Below are positions 1 through 11,883 of a DNA stretch of 64,000 nucleotides, one piece after another (within the stretch, counting starts at the first letter, position 1; each line of letters opens with the position of its first letter). The stretch is from Eledone cirrhosa (Eukaryota), in NCBI GenBank assembly GCA_964016885.1, contig OZ024744.1, positions 134,478,001-134,542,000 of the forward strand, in the 5' to 3' direction. The notes under the pieces were generated by a model that was given only the letters and a program-made list of their open reading frames with translations, did not search any database and was not told the DNA's origin. A program made the translations under genes and the position numbers.

Positions 1-14
1 GTTAAGTTGGGGTT

Positions 15-190
15 AACCCCAACTTAACTTAACCCCAACGTAACTCAACCCCAACGTAACTCAACCCCAACTTAACTTATCCCCAACTTCACTCAACCCC
101 AACTTAACTTAACCCCAACTTCACTCAACCCCAACTTCCAACTTGACTTAATCCCAACTTAACTTAGCCCCAACTTAACTTAAGCCCTAA
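15..190 (-). repeat. Inverted satellite block 1 (CCCCAACTTAACTTAA-type units)
   Basis: Strand switch at GGGGTT|AACCCC (14/15); ends at ...AACTTAAGCCCTAA, then returns to G-strand GTCGGGG. Carries two AACGTAACTCAA units. Confidence 0.97.
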
Positions 191-2975
191 GTCGGGGTTA
201 AGTTAAGTTGGCGTTAAGTTAAGTTAGGCTTAACTTAAGTTGGGGTTCAGTTAAGTTGGGGGTAAGTTAAGTTGGGGGTAAGTTAAGTTGGGGTTAAGTT
301 AAGTTGCGGTTAAGTTGGGGTTAAGTTAAGTTAGGGTTAAGTTAAGTTGGGGTTGAGTTAAGTTGGGGTTAATTAAGTGGTGGTTATGTTAAGTTGGGGT
401 TAAGTTAAGTTGGGGTTAATTTAAATTGGGGTTAAGTTAACTTTGTGGTTAAGTTAAGTTGGGGTTAAGTTAAGTTGGGGTTAAGTTGGGGTTGAGTTAA
501 GTTGGGGTTGAGTGAAGTTGGGGTTAAGTTAAGTTGGGGTTAAGTTAAGTTGTGGTTGAGTTAAGTTGGGGTTAATTTAAGTTGGGGTTAAGTTAAGTTG
601 GGGTTAAGTTAAGTTGGGGTTAAGTTAAGATGGGGTTAAGTTAAGTTGGGGTTAAGTTAAGTTGAGGTTAAGTTAAGTTGGGGTTAAGTTAAGTTGGGGT
701 TAAGTTAAGTTGGGGTTAAGTTAAGTCGGGGTTAAGTTAAGTCGGGGTTAAGTTAAGTTAGGGTTCAGTTAAGTTGGGGTTAAGTTAAGTTGGGGTTGAG
801 TTAAGTTGGGGTTGAGTTAAATTGGGGTTGAGTTAAGTTGGGGTTGAGTTAAGTTGGTGTTGAGTTAAGTTGGGGTTAAGTTAAGTTGGGGTTAAGTTAA
901 TTTGTGGTTAAGTTAAGTTGGGGTTAAGTTAAGTTGGGGTTAAGTTAAGTTGGGGTTAAGTTAAGTTGGGGTTAAGTTAAGTTGAGGTTAAGTTAAGTTG
1001 GGGTTAAATTAAGTTGGGGTTAAGTTAAGTTGGGGTTAAGTTAAGTTGGGGTTAAGTTAAGTTGGGGATAAGTTAAGTTGGGGATAATTTAAGTTGGGGT
1101 TAAGTTAAGTTGGGTTTAAGTTAAGTTGGGGTTAAGTTAAGTTGGGGATAAGTTAAGTTGGGGTTAAGTTAAGTTGGGGTTAAGTTAAGTTGGGGTTAAG
1201 TTAAGTTGGGGCTAAGTTAAGTTGGGGCTGAGTTAAGTTGGGGTTAAGTTAAGTTGGGGTTAAGTTAAGTTGGGGTTAATTTAAGTTGGGGTTTATTTAA
1301 GTTGGGGTTACGTTAAGTTGGTGTTAAGTTAAGTTGGGGTTAATTTAAGTTGGGGTTAATTAAGTTGGGGTTAAGTTAAGTTGGGGTTAAGTTAAGTTGG
1401 GGTTAAGTTAAGTTGGGGTTCAGTTAAGTTGGGTATAAGTTAAGTTGGGTATAAGTTAAGTTGGGGTTAAGTTAAGTTGGGGTTAAGTTAAGTTGGTGTT
1501 AAGTTAAGTTGGGGCTAAGTTAAGTTGGGGCTGAGTTAAGTTGGGGCTGAGTTAAGTTGGGGTTAAGTTAAGTTGGGGTCAAGTTAAGTTGGGGTTAAGT
1601 TGGGGTTAAGTTAAGTTAGGTTTAAGTTAAGATGGGGTTAAGTTAAGTTGGGGTTAAGTTAAGTTGGGGTTAAGTTAAGTTGGGGTTAAGTTAAGTTGGG
1701 GTTGAGTTAATTTGTGGTTAAGTTAAGTTGGGGTTAAGTTAAGTCGGGGTTAAGTTAAGTTGGGGTTAAGTTAAGTTGGGGTTAAGTTAAGTTGGGGTTA
1801 AGTTAAGTTGGGGTCAAGTTAAGTTGGGGTTAAGTTGGGGTTAAGTTAAGTTAGGTTTAAGTTAAGTTGGGGTTAAGTTAAGTTGGGGTTAAGTTAAGTT
1901 GGGGTTAAGTTAAGTTGGGGTTAAGTTAATTTGTGGTTAAGTTAAGTTGGGGTTAAGTTAAGTTGGGGTTAAGTTAAGTTGGGGTTAAGTTAAGTCGGAG
2001 TTAATTTAAGTTGGGGTTAAGTTAAGTTGGGGTTAATTTAAGTTGGGGTTAAGTTAAGTTGGGGTTAAGTTAAGTTGGGGTTAAATTAAGTTGGGGTTAA
2101 GTTAAGTTGGGGTTAATTCAAGTTGGGGTTAAGTTAAGTTGGGGATAAGTTAAGTTGGGGATAATTTAAGTTGGGGTTAAGTTAAGTTGGGTTTAAGTTA
2201 AGTTGGGGTTAAGTTAAGTTGGGGTTAAGTTAAGTTGGGGTTAAGTTAAGTTGGGGTAAAGTTAAGTTGGGGCTAAGTTAAGTTGGGGCTGAGTTAAGTT
2301 GGGGTTAACTTAAGTTGGGCTTAATTTAAGTCGGGGTTAAGTTAAGTTCGGGTTCAGTTAAGTTGGGGTTAAGTTAAGTTGGGGTTGAGTTAAGTTGGGG
2401 TTGAGTTAAATTGGGGTTGAGTTAAGTTGGGGTTGAGTTAAGTTGGTGTTGAGTTAAGTTGGGGTTAAGTTAAGTTGGGGTTAAGTTAAGTTGCAGTTAA
2501 GTTAAGTTGAGGTTAAGTTAAGGTGCGGTTAATTTAAGTTGGGGTTAAGTTAAGTTGGGGCTAAGTTAAGTTGGGGCTAAGTTAAGTTGGGGCTATTTTA
2601 AGTTGGGGTTAAGTTAAGTTGGGGTTAAGTTAAGTCGGGGTTAAGTTAAGTTGGGGTTAAGTTAAGTTGGGGTTAATTTAAGTTGGGGTTAAGTTAAGTT
2701 GGGGTTAAGTTAAGTTGGCGTTAAGTTAAGTTGGGGTTAAGTTAAGTTGGGTTTAAGTTCAGTTGGGGTTAAGTTAAGTTGGGGTTAAGTTAAGTTGGGG
2801 TTAAGTTAAGTTGGTTAGTTAAGTTGAGTTTAAGTTAAGTTGGGGTTAATTTAAGTTGGGGTTAAGTTATGTTCGGGTTAAGTTAAGTTGGGGTTAAGTT
2901 AATTTGGGGTTAAGTTAAGTTGGGGTTAAGTTAAGTTGGGGTTAAGTTAAGTTGGGGTTAAGTTAAGTTGGGGTT
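15..2975 (+). repeat. ~3-kb higher-order unit (2,961 bp), near-duplicated at 11708-14700 (2,993 bp)
   Basis: Same order of marker variants in both copies (GTGGTGGTTATG, CTTTGTGG, paired GGGTATAAG, TCGGAG, TTGCAG, GGTGCGG, TTGGTTAG, TTATG). The length difference is 32 bp = two monomers. Confidence 0.85.
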
Positions 2976-3151
2976 AACCCCAACTTAACTTAACCCCAAC
3001 GTAACTCAACCCCAACGTAACTCAACCCCAACTTAACTTATCCCCAACTTCACTCAACCCCAACTTAACTTAACCCCAACTTCACTCAACCCCAACTTCC
3101 AACTTGACTTAATCCCAACTTAACTTAGCTCCAACTTAACTTAAGCCCTAA
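2976..3151 (-). repeat. Inverted satellite block 2
   Basis: Palindrome centre 2975/2976. Same 176-bp structure, with two AACGTAACTCAA units and the TAGCTCC variant. Confidence 0.97.
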
Positions 3152-6100
3152 GTCGGGGTTAAGTTAAGTTGGCGTTAAGTTAAGTTAGGCTTAACTTAAG
3201 TTGGGGTTCAGTTAAGTTGGGGGTAAGTTAAGTTGGGGGTAAGTTAAGTTGGGGTTAAGTTAAGTTGCGGTTAAGTTGGGGTTAAGTTAAGTTAGGGTTA
3301 AGTTAAGTTGGGGTTGAGTTAAGTTGGGGTTAATTAAGTGGTGGTTATGTTAAGTTGGGGTTAAGTTAAGTTGGGGTTAATTTAAATTGGGGTTAAGTTA
3401 ACTTTGTGGTTAAGTTAAGTTGGGGTTAAGTTAAGTTGGGGTTAAGTTGGTGTTGAGTTAAGTTGGGGTTGAGTGAAGTTGGGGTTAAGTTAAGTTGGGG
3501 TTAAGTTAAGTTGGGGTTAAGTTAAGTCGGGGTTAAGTTAAGTTGTGGTTGAGTTAAGTTGGGGTTAATTTAAGTTGGGGTTAAGTTAAGTTGGGGTTAA
3601 GTTAAGTTGGGGTTAAGTTAAGATGGGGTTAAGTTAAGTTGGGATTAAGTTAAGTTGAGGTTAAGTTAAGTTGGGGTTAAATTAAGTTGGGGTTAAGTTA
3701 AGTTGGGGTTAAGTTAAGTTGGGGTTAAGTTAAGTTGGGGATAAGTTAAGTTGGGGATAATTTAAGTTGGGGTTAAGTTAAGTTGGGTTTAAGTTAAGTT
3801 GGGGTTAAGTTAATTTGTGGTTAAGTTAAGTTGGGGTTAAGTTAAGTTGGGGTTAAGTTAAGTTGGGGTTAAGTTAAGTTGGGGTTAAGTTAAGTTGGGG
3901 TTAAGTTAATTTGTGGTTAAGTTAAGTTGGGGTTAAGTTAAGTTGGGGTTAAGTTAAGTTGGGGTTAAGTTAAGTCGGGGTTAAGTTAAGTTGGGGTTAA
4001 GTTAAGTTGGGGTTAAGTTAAGTTGGGGATAAGTTAAGTTGGGGATAATTTAAGTTGGGGTTAAGTTAAGTTGGGTTTAAGTTAAGTTGGGGTTAAGTTA
4101 ATTTGTGGTTAAGTTAAGTCGGGGTTAAGTTAAGTTGGGGTTAAGTTAAGTTGGGGTTAAGTTAAGTTGGGGCTAAGTTAAGTTGGGGCTGAGTTAAGTT
4201 GGGGTTAAGTTAAGTTGGGGTTAAGTTAAGTTGGGGTTAATTTAAGTTGGGGTTTATTTAAGTTGGGGTTACGTTAAGTTGGTGTTAAGTTAAGTTGGGG
4301 TTAATTTAAGTTGGGGTTAATTAAGTTGGGGTTAAGTTAAGTTGGGGTTAATTTAAGTTGGGGTTGAGTTAAGTTGGGGTTAAGTTAAGTTGGGGTTATA
4401 TTAAGTTGGGGTTAAGTTAAGTTGGGATTAAGTTAAGTTGAGGTTAAGTTAAGTTGGGGTTAAATTAAGTTGGGGTTAAGTTAAGTTGGGGTTAAGTTAA
4501 GTTGGTGTTAAGTTAAGTTGGGGCTAAGTTAAGTAGGGGCTGAGTTAAGTTGGGGCTGAGTTAAGTTGGGGTTAAGTTAAGTTGGGGTCAAGTTAAGTTG
4601 GGGTTAAGTTGGGGTTAAGTTAAGTTAGGTTTAAGTTAAGATGGGGTTAAGTTAAGTTGGAGTTAAGTTAAGTTGGGGTTAAGTTAAGTCGGGGTTAAGT
4701 TAAGTTGGGGTTAAGTTAAGTTGGGGTTAATTTAAGTTGGGGTTAAGTTAAGTTGGGGTCAAGTTAAGTTGGGGTTAAGTTGGGGTTAAGTTAAGTTAGG
4801 TTTAAGTTAAGTTGGGGTTAAGTTAAGTTGGGGTTAAGTTAAGTTGGGGTTAAGTTAAGTTGGGGTTAAGTTAAGTTGGGGTTAAGTTAATTTGTGGTTA
4901 AGTTAAGTTGGGGTTAAGTTAAGTTGGGGTTAAGTTAAGTTGGGGTTAAGTTAAGTCGGGGTTAAGTTAAGTTGGGGTTAGTTAAGTTGGGGTTAATTTA
5001 AGTTGGGGTTAAGTTAAGTTGGGGTTAAGTTAAGTTGGGGTTAAATTAAGTTGGGGTTAAGTTAAGTTGGGGTTAAGTCAAGTTGGGGTTAAGTTAAGTT
5101 GGGGATAAGTTAAGTTGGGGATAATTTAAGTTGGGGTTAAGTTAAGTTGGGTTTAAGTTAAGTTGGGGTTAAGTTAAGTTGGGGTTAAGTTAAGTTGGGG
5201 TTAAGTTAAGTTGGGGTTAAGTTAAGTTGGGGTTAAGTTAAGTTGGGGCTAAGTTAAGTTGGGGCTGAGTTAAGTTGGGGTTAAATTAAGTTGGGGTTAA
5301 GTTAAGTTGGGGTTAAGTCAAGTTGGGGTTAAGTTAAGTTGGGGATAAGTTAAGTTGGGGATAATTTAAGTTGGGGTTAAGTTAAGTTGGGTTTAAGTTA
5401 AGTTGGGGTTAAGTTAAGTTGGGGTTAAGTTAAGTTGGGGTTAAGTTAAGTTGGGGTTAAGTTAAGTTGGGGTTAAGTTAAGTTGGGGCTAAGTTAAGTT
5501 GGGGCTGAGTTAAGTTGGGGTTAAGTTAAGTTGGGCTTAATTTAAGTCGGGGTTAAGTTAAGTTAGGGTTCAGTTAAGTTGGGGTTAAGTTAAGTTGGTG
5601 TTAAGTTAAGTTGGGGTTAAGTTAAGTCGGGGTTAAGTTAAGTTGGGGTTAAGTTAAGTTGGGGTTAAGTTAAGTCGGGTTTAAGTTAAGTTGGGGTTAA
5701 GTTAAGTTGGGGTTAATTTAAGTTGGGGTTAAGTTAAGTTGGGGTTAAGTTAAGTTGGGGTTAAGTTAAGATGGGGTTAATTTAAGTTGGGGTTAAGTTA
5801 AGTTGAGGTTAAGTTAAGTTGGGGTTAAATTAAGTTGGGGTTAAGTTAAGTTGGGGTTAAGTCAAGTTGGGGTTAAGTTAAGTTGGGGATAAGTTAAGTT
5901 GGGGATAATTTAAGTTGGGTTTAAGTTAAGTTGGGGTTAAGTTGAGTTGGGGTTAAGTTAAGTTGGGGTTAAGTTAAGTTGGGGTTAATTTAAGTTGGGG
6001 CTAAGTTAAGTTGGGACTGAGTTAAGTTGGGGTTAAGTTAAGTTGGGGTTAAGTTAAGTTGGGGTTAAGTTAAGTTGGAGTTTATTTAAGTTAGGGTTAA

Positions 6101-6874
6101 GTTAAGTTGGGGTTCAGTTAAGTTGGGGTTAAGTTAAGTTGGGGTTAAGATGGGGTTAAATTAAGTTGGGGTTAAGTTAAGTTGGGGTTAAGTTAAGTTG
6201 GGGTTAAGTTAAGTTGGGGTTAAGTTAAGTCGGGGTTAAGTTAAGTCGGGGTTAAGTTAAGTTAGGGTTCAGTTAAGTTGGGGTTAAGTTAAGTTGGGGT
6301 TGAGTTAAGTTGGGGTTGAGTTAAATTGGGGTTGAGTTAAGTTGGGGTTGAGTTAAGTTGGTGTTGAGTTAAGTTGGGGTTAAGTTAAGTTGGGGTTAAG
6401 TTAATTTGTGGTTAAGTTAAGTTGAGGTTAAGTTAAGGTGCGGTTAAGTTAAGTTGGGGTTAAGTTAAGTTGGGGCTAAGTTAAGTTGGGGCTAAGTTAA
6501 GTTGGGGCTAATTTAAGTTGGGGTTAAGTTAAGTTGGGGTTAAGTTAAGTCGGGGTTAAGTTAAGTTGGGGTTAAGTTAAGTTGGGGTTAATTTAAGTTG
6601 GGGTTAAGTTAAGTTGGGGTTAAGTTAAGTTGGGGTTAAGTTAAGTTGGGGTTAAGTTAAGTTGGGTTTAAGTTAAGTTGGGGTTAAGTTAAGTTGGGGT
6701 TAAGTTAAGTTGGGGTTAAGTTAAGTTGGTTAGTTAAGTTGAGTTTAAGTTAAGTTGGGGTTAATTTAAGTTGGGGTTAAGTTATGTTCGGGTTAAGTTA
6801 AGTTGGGGTTAAGTTAAGTTGGGGTTAAGTTAAGTTGGGGTTAAGTTAAGTTGGGGTTAAGTTAAGTTGGGGTT

Positions 6875-7050
6875 AACCCCAACTTAACTTAACCCCAACT
6901 TCACTCAACCCCAACGTAACTCAACCCCAACTTAACTTATCCCCAACTTCACTCAACCCCAACTTAACTTAACCCCAACTTCACTCAACCCCAACTTCCA
7001 ACTTGACTTAATCCCAACTTAACTTAGCTCCAACTTAACTTAAGCCCTAA
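6875..7050 (-). repeat. Inverted satellite block 3
   Basis: Centre 6874/6875. One AACGTAACTCAA unit; TAGCTCC variant. Confidence 0.97.
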
Positions 7051-10000
7051 GTCGGGGTTAAGTTAAGTTGGCGTTAAGTTAAGTTAGGCTTAACTTAAGT
7101 TGGGGTTCAGTTAAGTTGGGGGTAAGTTAAGTTGGGGGTAAGTTAAGTTGGGGTTAAGTTAAGTTGCGGTTAAGTTGGGGTTAAGTTAAGTTAGGGTTAA
7201 GTTAAGTTGGGGTTGAGTTAAGTTGGGGTTAATTAAGTGGTGGTTATGTTAAGTTGGGGTTAAGTTAAGTTGGGGTTAATTTAAATTGGGGTTAAGTTAA
7301 CTTTGTGGTTAAGTTAAGTTGGGGTTAAGTTAAGTTGGGGTTAAGTTGGTGTTGAGTTAAGTTGGGGTTGAGTGAAGTTGGGGTTAAGTTAAGTTGGGGT
7401 TAAGTTAAGTTGGGGTTAAGTTAAGTCGGGGTTAAGTTAAGTTGTGGTTGAGTTAAGTTGGGGTTAATTTAAGTTGGGGTTAAGTTAAGTTGGGGTTAAG
7501 TTAAGTTGGGGTTAAGTTAAGATGGGGTTAAGTTAAGTTGGGATTAAGTTAAGTTGAGGTTAAGTTAAGTTGGGGTTAAATTAAGTTGGGGTTAAGTTAA
7601 GTTGGGGTTAAGTTAAGTTGGGGTTAAGTTAAGTTGGGGATAAGTTAAGTTGGGGATAATTTAAGTTGGGGTTAAGTTAAGTTGGGTTTAAGTTAAGTTG
7701 GGGTTAAGTTAATTTGTGGTTAAGTTAAGTTGGGGTTAAGTTAAGTTGGGGTTAAGTTAAGTTGGGGTTAAGTTAAGTCGGGGTTAAGTTAAGTTGGGGT
7801 TAAGTTAAGTTGGGGTTAAGTTAAGTTGGGGCTAAGTTAAGTTGGGGCTGAGTTAAGTTGGGGTTAAGTTAAGTTGGGGTTAAGTTAAGTTGGGGTTAAT
7901 TTAAGTTGGGGTTTATTTAAGTTGGGGTTACGTTAAGTTGGTGTTAAGTTAAGTTGGGGTTAATTTAAGTTGGGGTTAATTAAGTTGGGGTTAAGTTAAG
8001 TTGGGGTTAATTTAAGTTGGGGTTTAGTTAAGTTGGGGTTAAGTTAAGTTGGGGTTATATTAAGTTGGGGTTAAGTTAAGTTGGGGTTCAGTTAAGTTGG
8101 GTATAAGTTAAGTTGGGGTTAAGTTAAGTTGGGGTTAAGTTAAGTTGGGGTTAAGTTAAGTTGGTGTTAAGTTAAGTTGGGGCTAAGTTAAGTTGGGGCT
8201 GAGTTAAGTTGGGGCTGAGTTAAGTTGGGGTTAAGTTAAGTTGGGGTCAAGTTAAGTTGGGGTTAAGTTGGGGTTAAGTTAAGTTAGGTTTAAGTTAAGA
8301 TGGGGTTAAGTTAAGTTGGAGTTAAGTTAAGTTGGGGTTAAGTTAAGTCGGGGTTAAGTTAAGTTGGGGTTAAGTTAAGTTGGGGTTAATTTAAGTTGGG
8401 GTTAAGTTAAGTTGGGGTCAAGTTAAGTTGGGGTTAAGTTGGGGTTAAGTTAAGTTAGGTTTAAGTTAAGTTGGGGTTAAGTTAAGTTGGGGTTAAGTTA
8501 AGTTGGGGTTAAGTTAAGTTGGGGTTAAGTTAAGTTGGGGTTAAGTTAATTTGTGGTTAAGTTAAGGTGGGGTTAAGTTAAGTTGGGGTTAAGTTAAGTT
8601 GGGGTTAAGTTAAGTCGGGGTTAAGTTAAGTTGGGGTTAAGTTAAGTTGGGGTTAATTTAAGTTGGGGTTAAGTTAAGTTGGGGTTAAGTTAAGTTGGGG
8701 TTAAATTAAGTTGGGGTTAAGTTAAGTTGGGGTTAAGTCAAGTTGGGGTTAAGTTAAGTTGGGGATAAGTTAAGTTGGGGATAATTTAAGTTGGGGTTAA
8801 GTTAAGTTGGGTTTAAGTTAAGTTGGGGTTAAGTTAAGTTGGGGTTAAGTTAAGTTGGGGTTAAGTTAAGTTGGGGTTAAGTTAAGTTGGGGTTAAGTTA
8901 AGTTGGGGCTAAGTTAAGTTGGGGCTGAGTTAAGTTGGGGTTAAGTTAAGTTGGGCTTAATTTAAGTCGGGGTTAAGTTAAGTTAGGGTTCAGTTAAGTT
9001 GGGGTTAAGTTAAGTTGGTGTTAAGTTAAGTTGGGGTTAAGTTAAGTCGGGGTTAAGTTAAGTTGGGGTTAAGTTAAGTTGGGGTTAAGTTAAGTCGGGT
9101 TTAAGTTAAGTTGGGGTTAAGTTAAGTTGGGGTTAATTTAAGTTGGGGTTAAGTTAAGTTGGGGTTAAGTTAAGTTGGGGTTAAGTTAAGATGGGGTTAA
9201 TTTAAGTTGGGGATAAGTTAAGTTGAGGTTAAGTTAAGTTGGGGTTAAATTAAGTTGGGGTTAAGTTAAGTTGGGGTTAAGTCAAGTTGGGGTTAAGTTA
9301 AGTTGGGGATAAGTTAAGTTGGGGATAATTTAAGTTGGGTTTAAGTTAAGTTGGGGTTAAGTTGAGTTGGGGTTAAGTTAAGTTGGGGTTAAGTTAAGTT
9401 GGGGTTAATTTAAGTTGGGGCTAAGTTAAGTTGGGACTGAGTTAAGTTGGGGTTAAGTTAAGTTGGGGTTAAGTTAAGTTGGGGTTAAGTTAAGTTGGAG
9501 TTTATTTAAGTTGGGGTTAAGTTAAGTTGGGGTTCAGTTAAGTTGGGGTTAAGTTAAGTTGGGGTTAAGATGGGGTTAAATTAAGTTGGGGTTAAGTTAA
9601 GTTGGGGTTAAGTTAAGTTGGGGTTAAGTTAAGTTGGGGTTAAGTTAAGTCGGGGTTAAGTTAAGTCGGGGTTAAGTTAAGTTAGGGTTCAGTTAAGTTG
9701 GGGTTAAGTTAAGTTGGGGTTGAGTTAAGTTGGGGTTGAGTTAAATTGGGGTTGAGTTAAGTTGGGGTTGAGTTAAGTTGGGGTTAAGTTAAGTTGGGGT
9801 TAAGTTAATTTGTGGTTAAGTTAATTTGTGGTTAAGTTAAGTTGGGGTTAAGTTAAGTTGGGGTTAAGTTAAGTTGGGGTTAAGTTAAGTTGAGGTTAAG
9901 TTAAGTTGGGGTTAAATTAAGTTGGGGTTAAGTTAAGTTGGGGTTAAGTTAAGTTGGGGTTAAGTTAAGTTGGGGATAAGTTAAGTTGGGGATAATTTAA

Positions 10001-11707
10001 GTTGGGGTTAAGTTAAGTTGGGTTTAAGTTAAGTTGGGGTTAATTTAAGTTGGGGATAAGTTAAGTTGGGGTTAAGTTAAGTTGGGGTTAAGTTAAGTTG
10101 GGGTTAAGTTAAGTTGGGGCTAAGTTAAGTTGGGGCTGAGTTAAGTTGGGGTTAAGTTAAGTTGGGGTTAAGTTAAGTTGGGGTTAATTTAAGTTGGGGT
10201 TTATTTAAGTTGGGGTTACGTTAAGTTGGTGTTAAGTTAAGTTGGGGTTAATTTAAGTTGGGGTTAATTAAGTTGGGGTTAAGTTAAGTTGGGGTTAAGT
10301 TAAGTTGGGGTTAAGTTAAGTTGGGGTTCAGTTAAGTTGGGTATAAGTTAAGTTGGGTATAAGTTAAGTTGGGGTTAAGTTAAGTTGGTGTTAAGTTAAG
10401 TTGGGGCTAACTTAAGTTGGGGCTGAGTTAAGTTGGGGCTGAGTTAAGTTGGGGTTAAGTTAAGTTGGGGTCAAGTTAAGTTGGGGTTAAGTTGGGGTTA
10501 AGTTAAGTTAGGTTTAAGTTAAGATGGGGTTAAGTTAAGTTGGGGTTAAGTTAAGTTGGGGTTAAGTTAAGTTGGGGTTAAGTTAAGTTGGGGTTGAGTT
10601 AATTTGTGGTTAAGTTAAGTTGGGGTTAAGTTAAGTCGGGGTTAAGTTAAGTTGGGGTTAAGTTAAGTTGGGGTTAAGTTAAGTTGGGGTTAAGTTAAGT
10701 TGGGGTCAAGTTAAGTTGGGGTTAAGTTGGGGTTAAGTTAAGTTAGGTTTAAGTTAAGTTGGGGTTAAGTTAAGTTGGGGTTAAGTTAAGTTGGGGTTAA
10801 GTTAAGTTGGGGTTAAGTTAATTTGTGGTTAAGTTAAGTTGGGGTTAAGTTAAGTTGGGGTTAAGTTAAGTTGGGGTTAAGTTAAGTCGGAGTTAATTTA
10901 AGTTGGGGTTAAGTTAAGTTGGGGTTAATTTAAGTTGGGGTTAAGTTAAGTTGGGGTTAAGTTAAGTTGGGGTTAAATTAAGTTGGGGTTAAGTTAAGTT
11001 GGGGTTAAGTCAAGTTGGGGTTAAGTTAAGTTGGGGATAAGTTAAGTTGGGGATAATTTAAGTTGGGGTTAAGTTAAGTTGGGTTTAAGTTAAGTTGGGG
11101 TTAAGTTAAGTTGGGGTTAAGTTAAGTTGGGGTTGAGTTAAGTTGGGGTTGAGTTAAATTGGGGTTGAGTTAAGTTGGGGTTGAGTTAAGTTGGTGTTGA
11201 GTTAAGTTGGGGTTAAGTTAAGTTGGGGTTAAGTTAAGTTGCAGTTAAGTTAAGTTGAGGTTAAGTTAAGGTGCGGTTAAGTTAAGTTGGGGTTAAGTTA
11301 AGTTGGGGCTAAGTTAAGTTGGGGCTAAGTTAAGTTGGGGTTAAGTTAAGTTGGGGTTAAGTTAAGTTGGGGTTAAGTTAAGTCGGGGTTAAGTTAAGTT
11401 GGGGTTAATTTAAGTTGGGGTTAAGTTAAGTTGGGGTTAAGTTAAGTTGGGGTTAAGTTAAGTTGGGGTTAAGTTAAGTTGGGTTTAAGTTAAGTTGGGG
11501 TTAAGTTAAGTTGGGGTTAAGTTAAGTTGGGGTTAAGTTAAGTTGGTTAGTTAAGTTGAGTTTAAGTTAAGTTGGGGTTAATTTAAGTTGGGGTTAAGTT
11601 ATGTTGGGGTTAAGTTAAGTTGGGGTTAAGTTAAGTTGGGGTTAAGTTAAGTTGGGGTTAAGTTAAGTTGGGGTTAAGTTAAGTTGGGGTTAAGTTAAGT
11701 TGGGGTT

Positions 11708-11883
11708 AACCCCAACTTAACTTAACCCCAACTCCACTCAACCCCAACGTAACTCAACCCCAACTTAACTTATCCCCAACTTCACTCAACCCCAACTTAA
11801 CTTAACCCCAACTTCACTCAACCCCAACTTCCAACTTGACTTAATCCCAACTGAACTCAGCCCCAACTTAACTTAAGCCCTAA
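11708..11883 (-). repeat. Inverted satellite block 4
   Basis: Centre 11707/11708. Private variants ACTCCACTCA and CTGAACTCAG. Confidence 0.97.

Noticed and set aside
1-14. Window beginning almost exactly at a palindrome centre, suggesting a hairpin chromosome end
   Set aside because: Fourteen bases of forward satellite precede the centre, and nothing shows this is a molecule end rather than the window cut.
15-190. Sequencing fold-back chimera as the origin of the inversions
   Set aside because: Nine copies share both junctions and carry heritable private variants, and the inverted arm is not an exact mirror of the adjacent left arm. Random read artefacts would not do this, though read-level confirmation is still advisable.
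185-190. Canonical TTAGGG/CCCTAA telomere seed at the distal junction and scattered TTAGGG
   Set aside because: These are single hexamers explained by one G>A change in TTGGGG and are never in tandem.
2950-3151. MITE or piggyBac-type element (inverted repeats, TTAA sites)
   Set aside because: The block is only reversed satellite, with no distinct terminal repeats or internal sequence. TTAA occurs twice in every monomer, so a target-site duplication is uninformative.
6848-6901. Rho-independent terminator or protelomerase/telomere-resolvase target
   Set aside because: There is no U-tract, gene context or resolvase gene. The palindrome is fully explained by satellite inversion.
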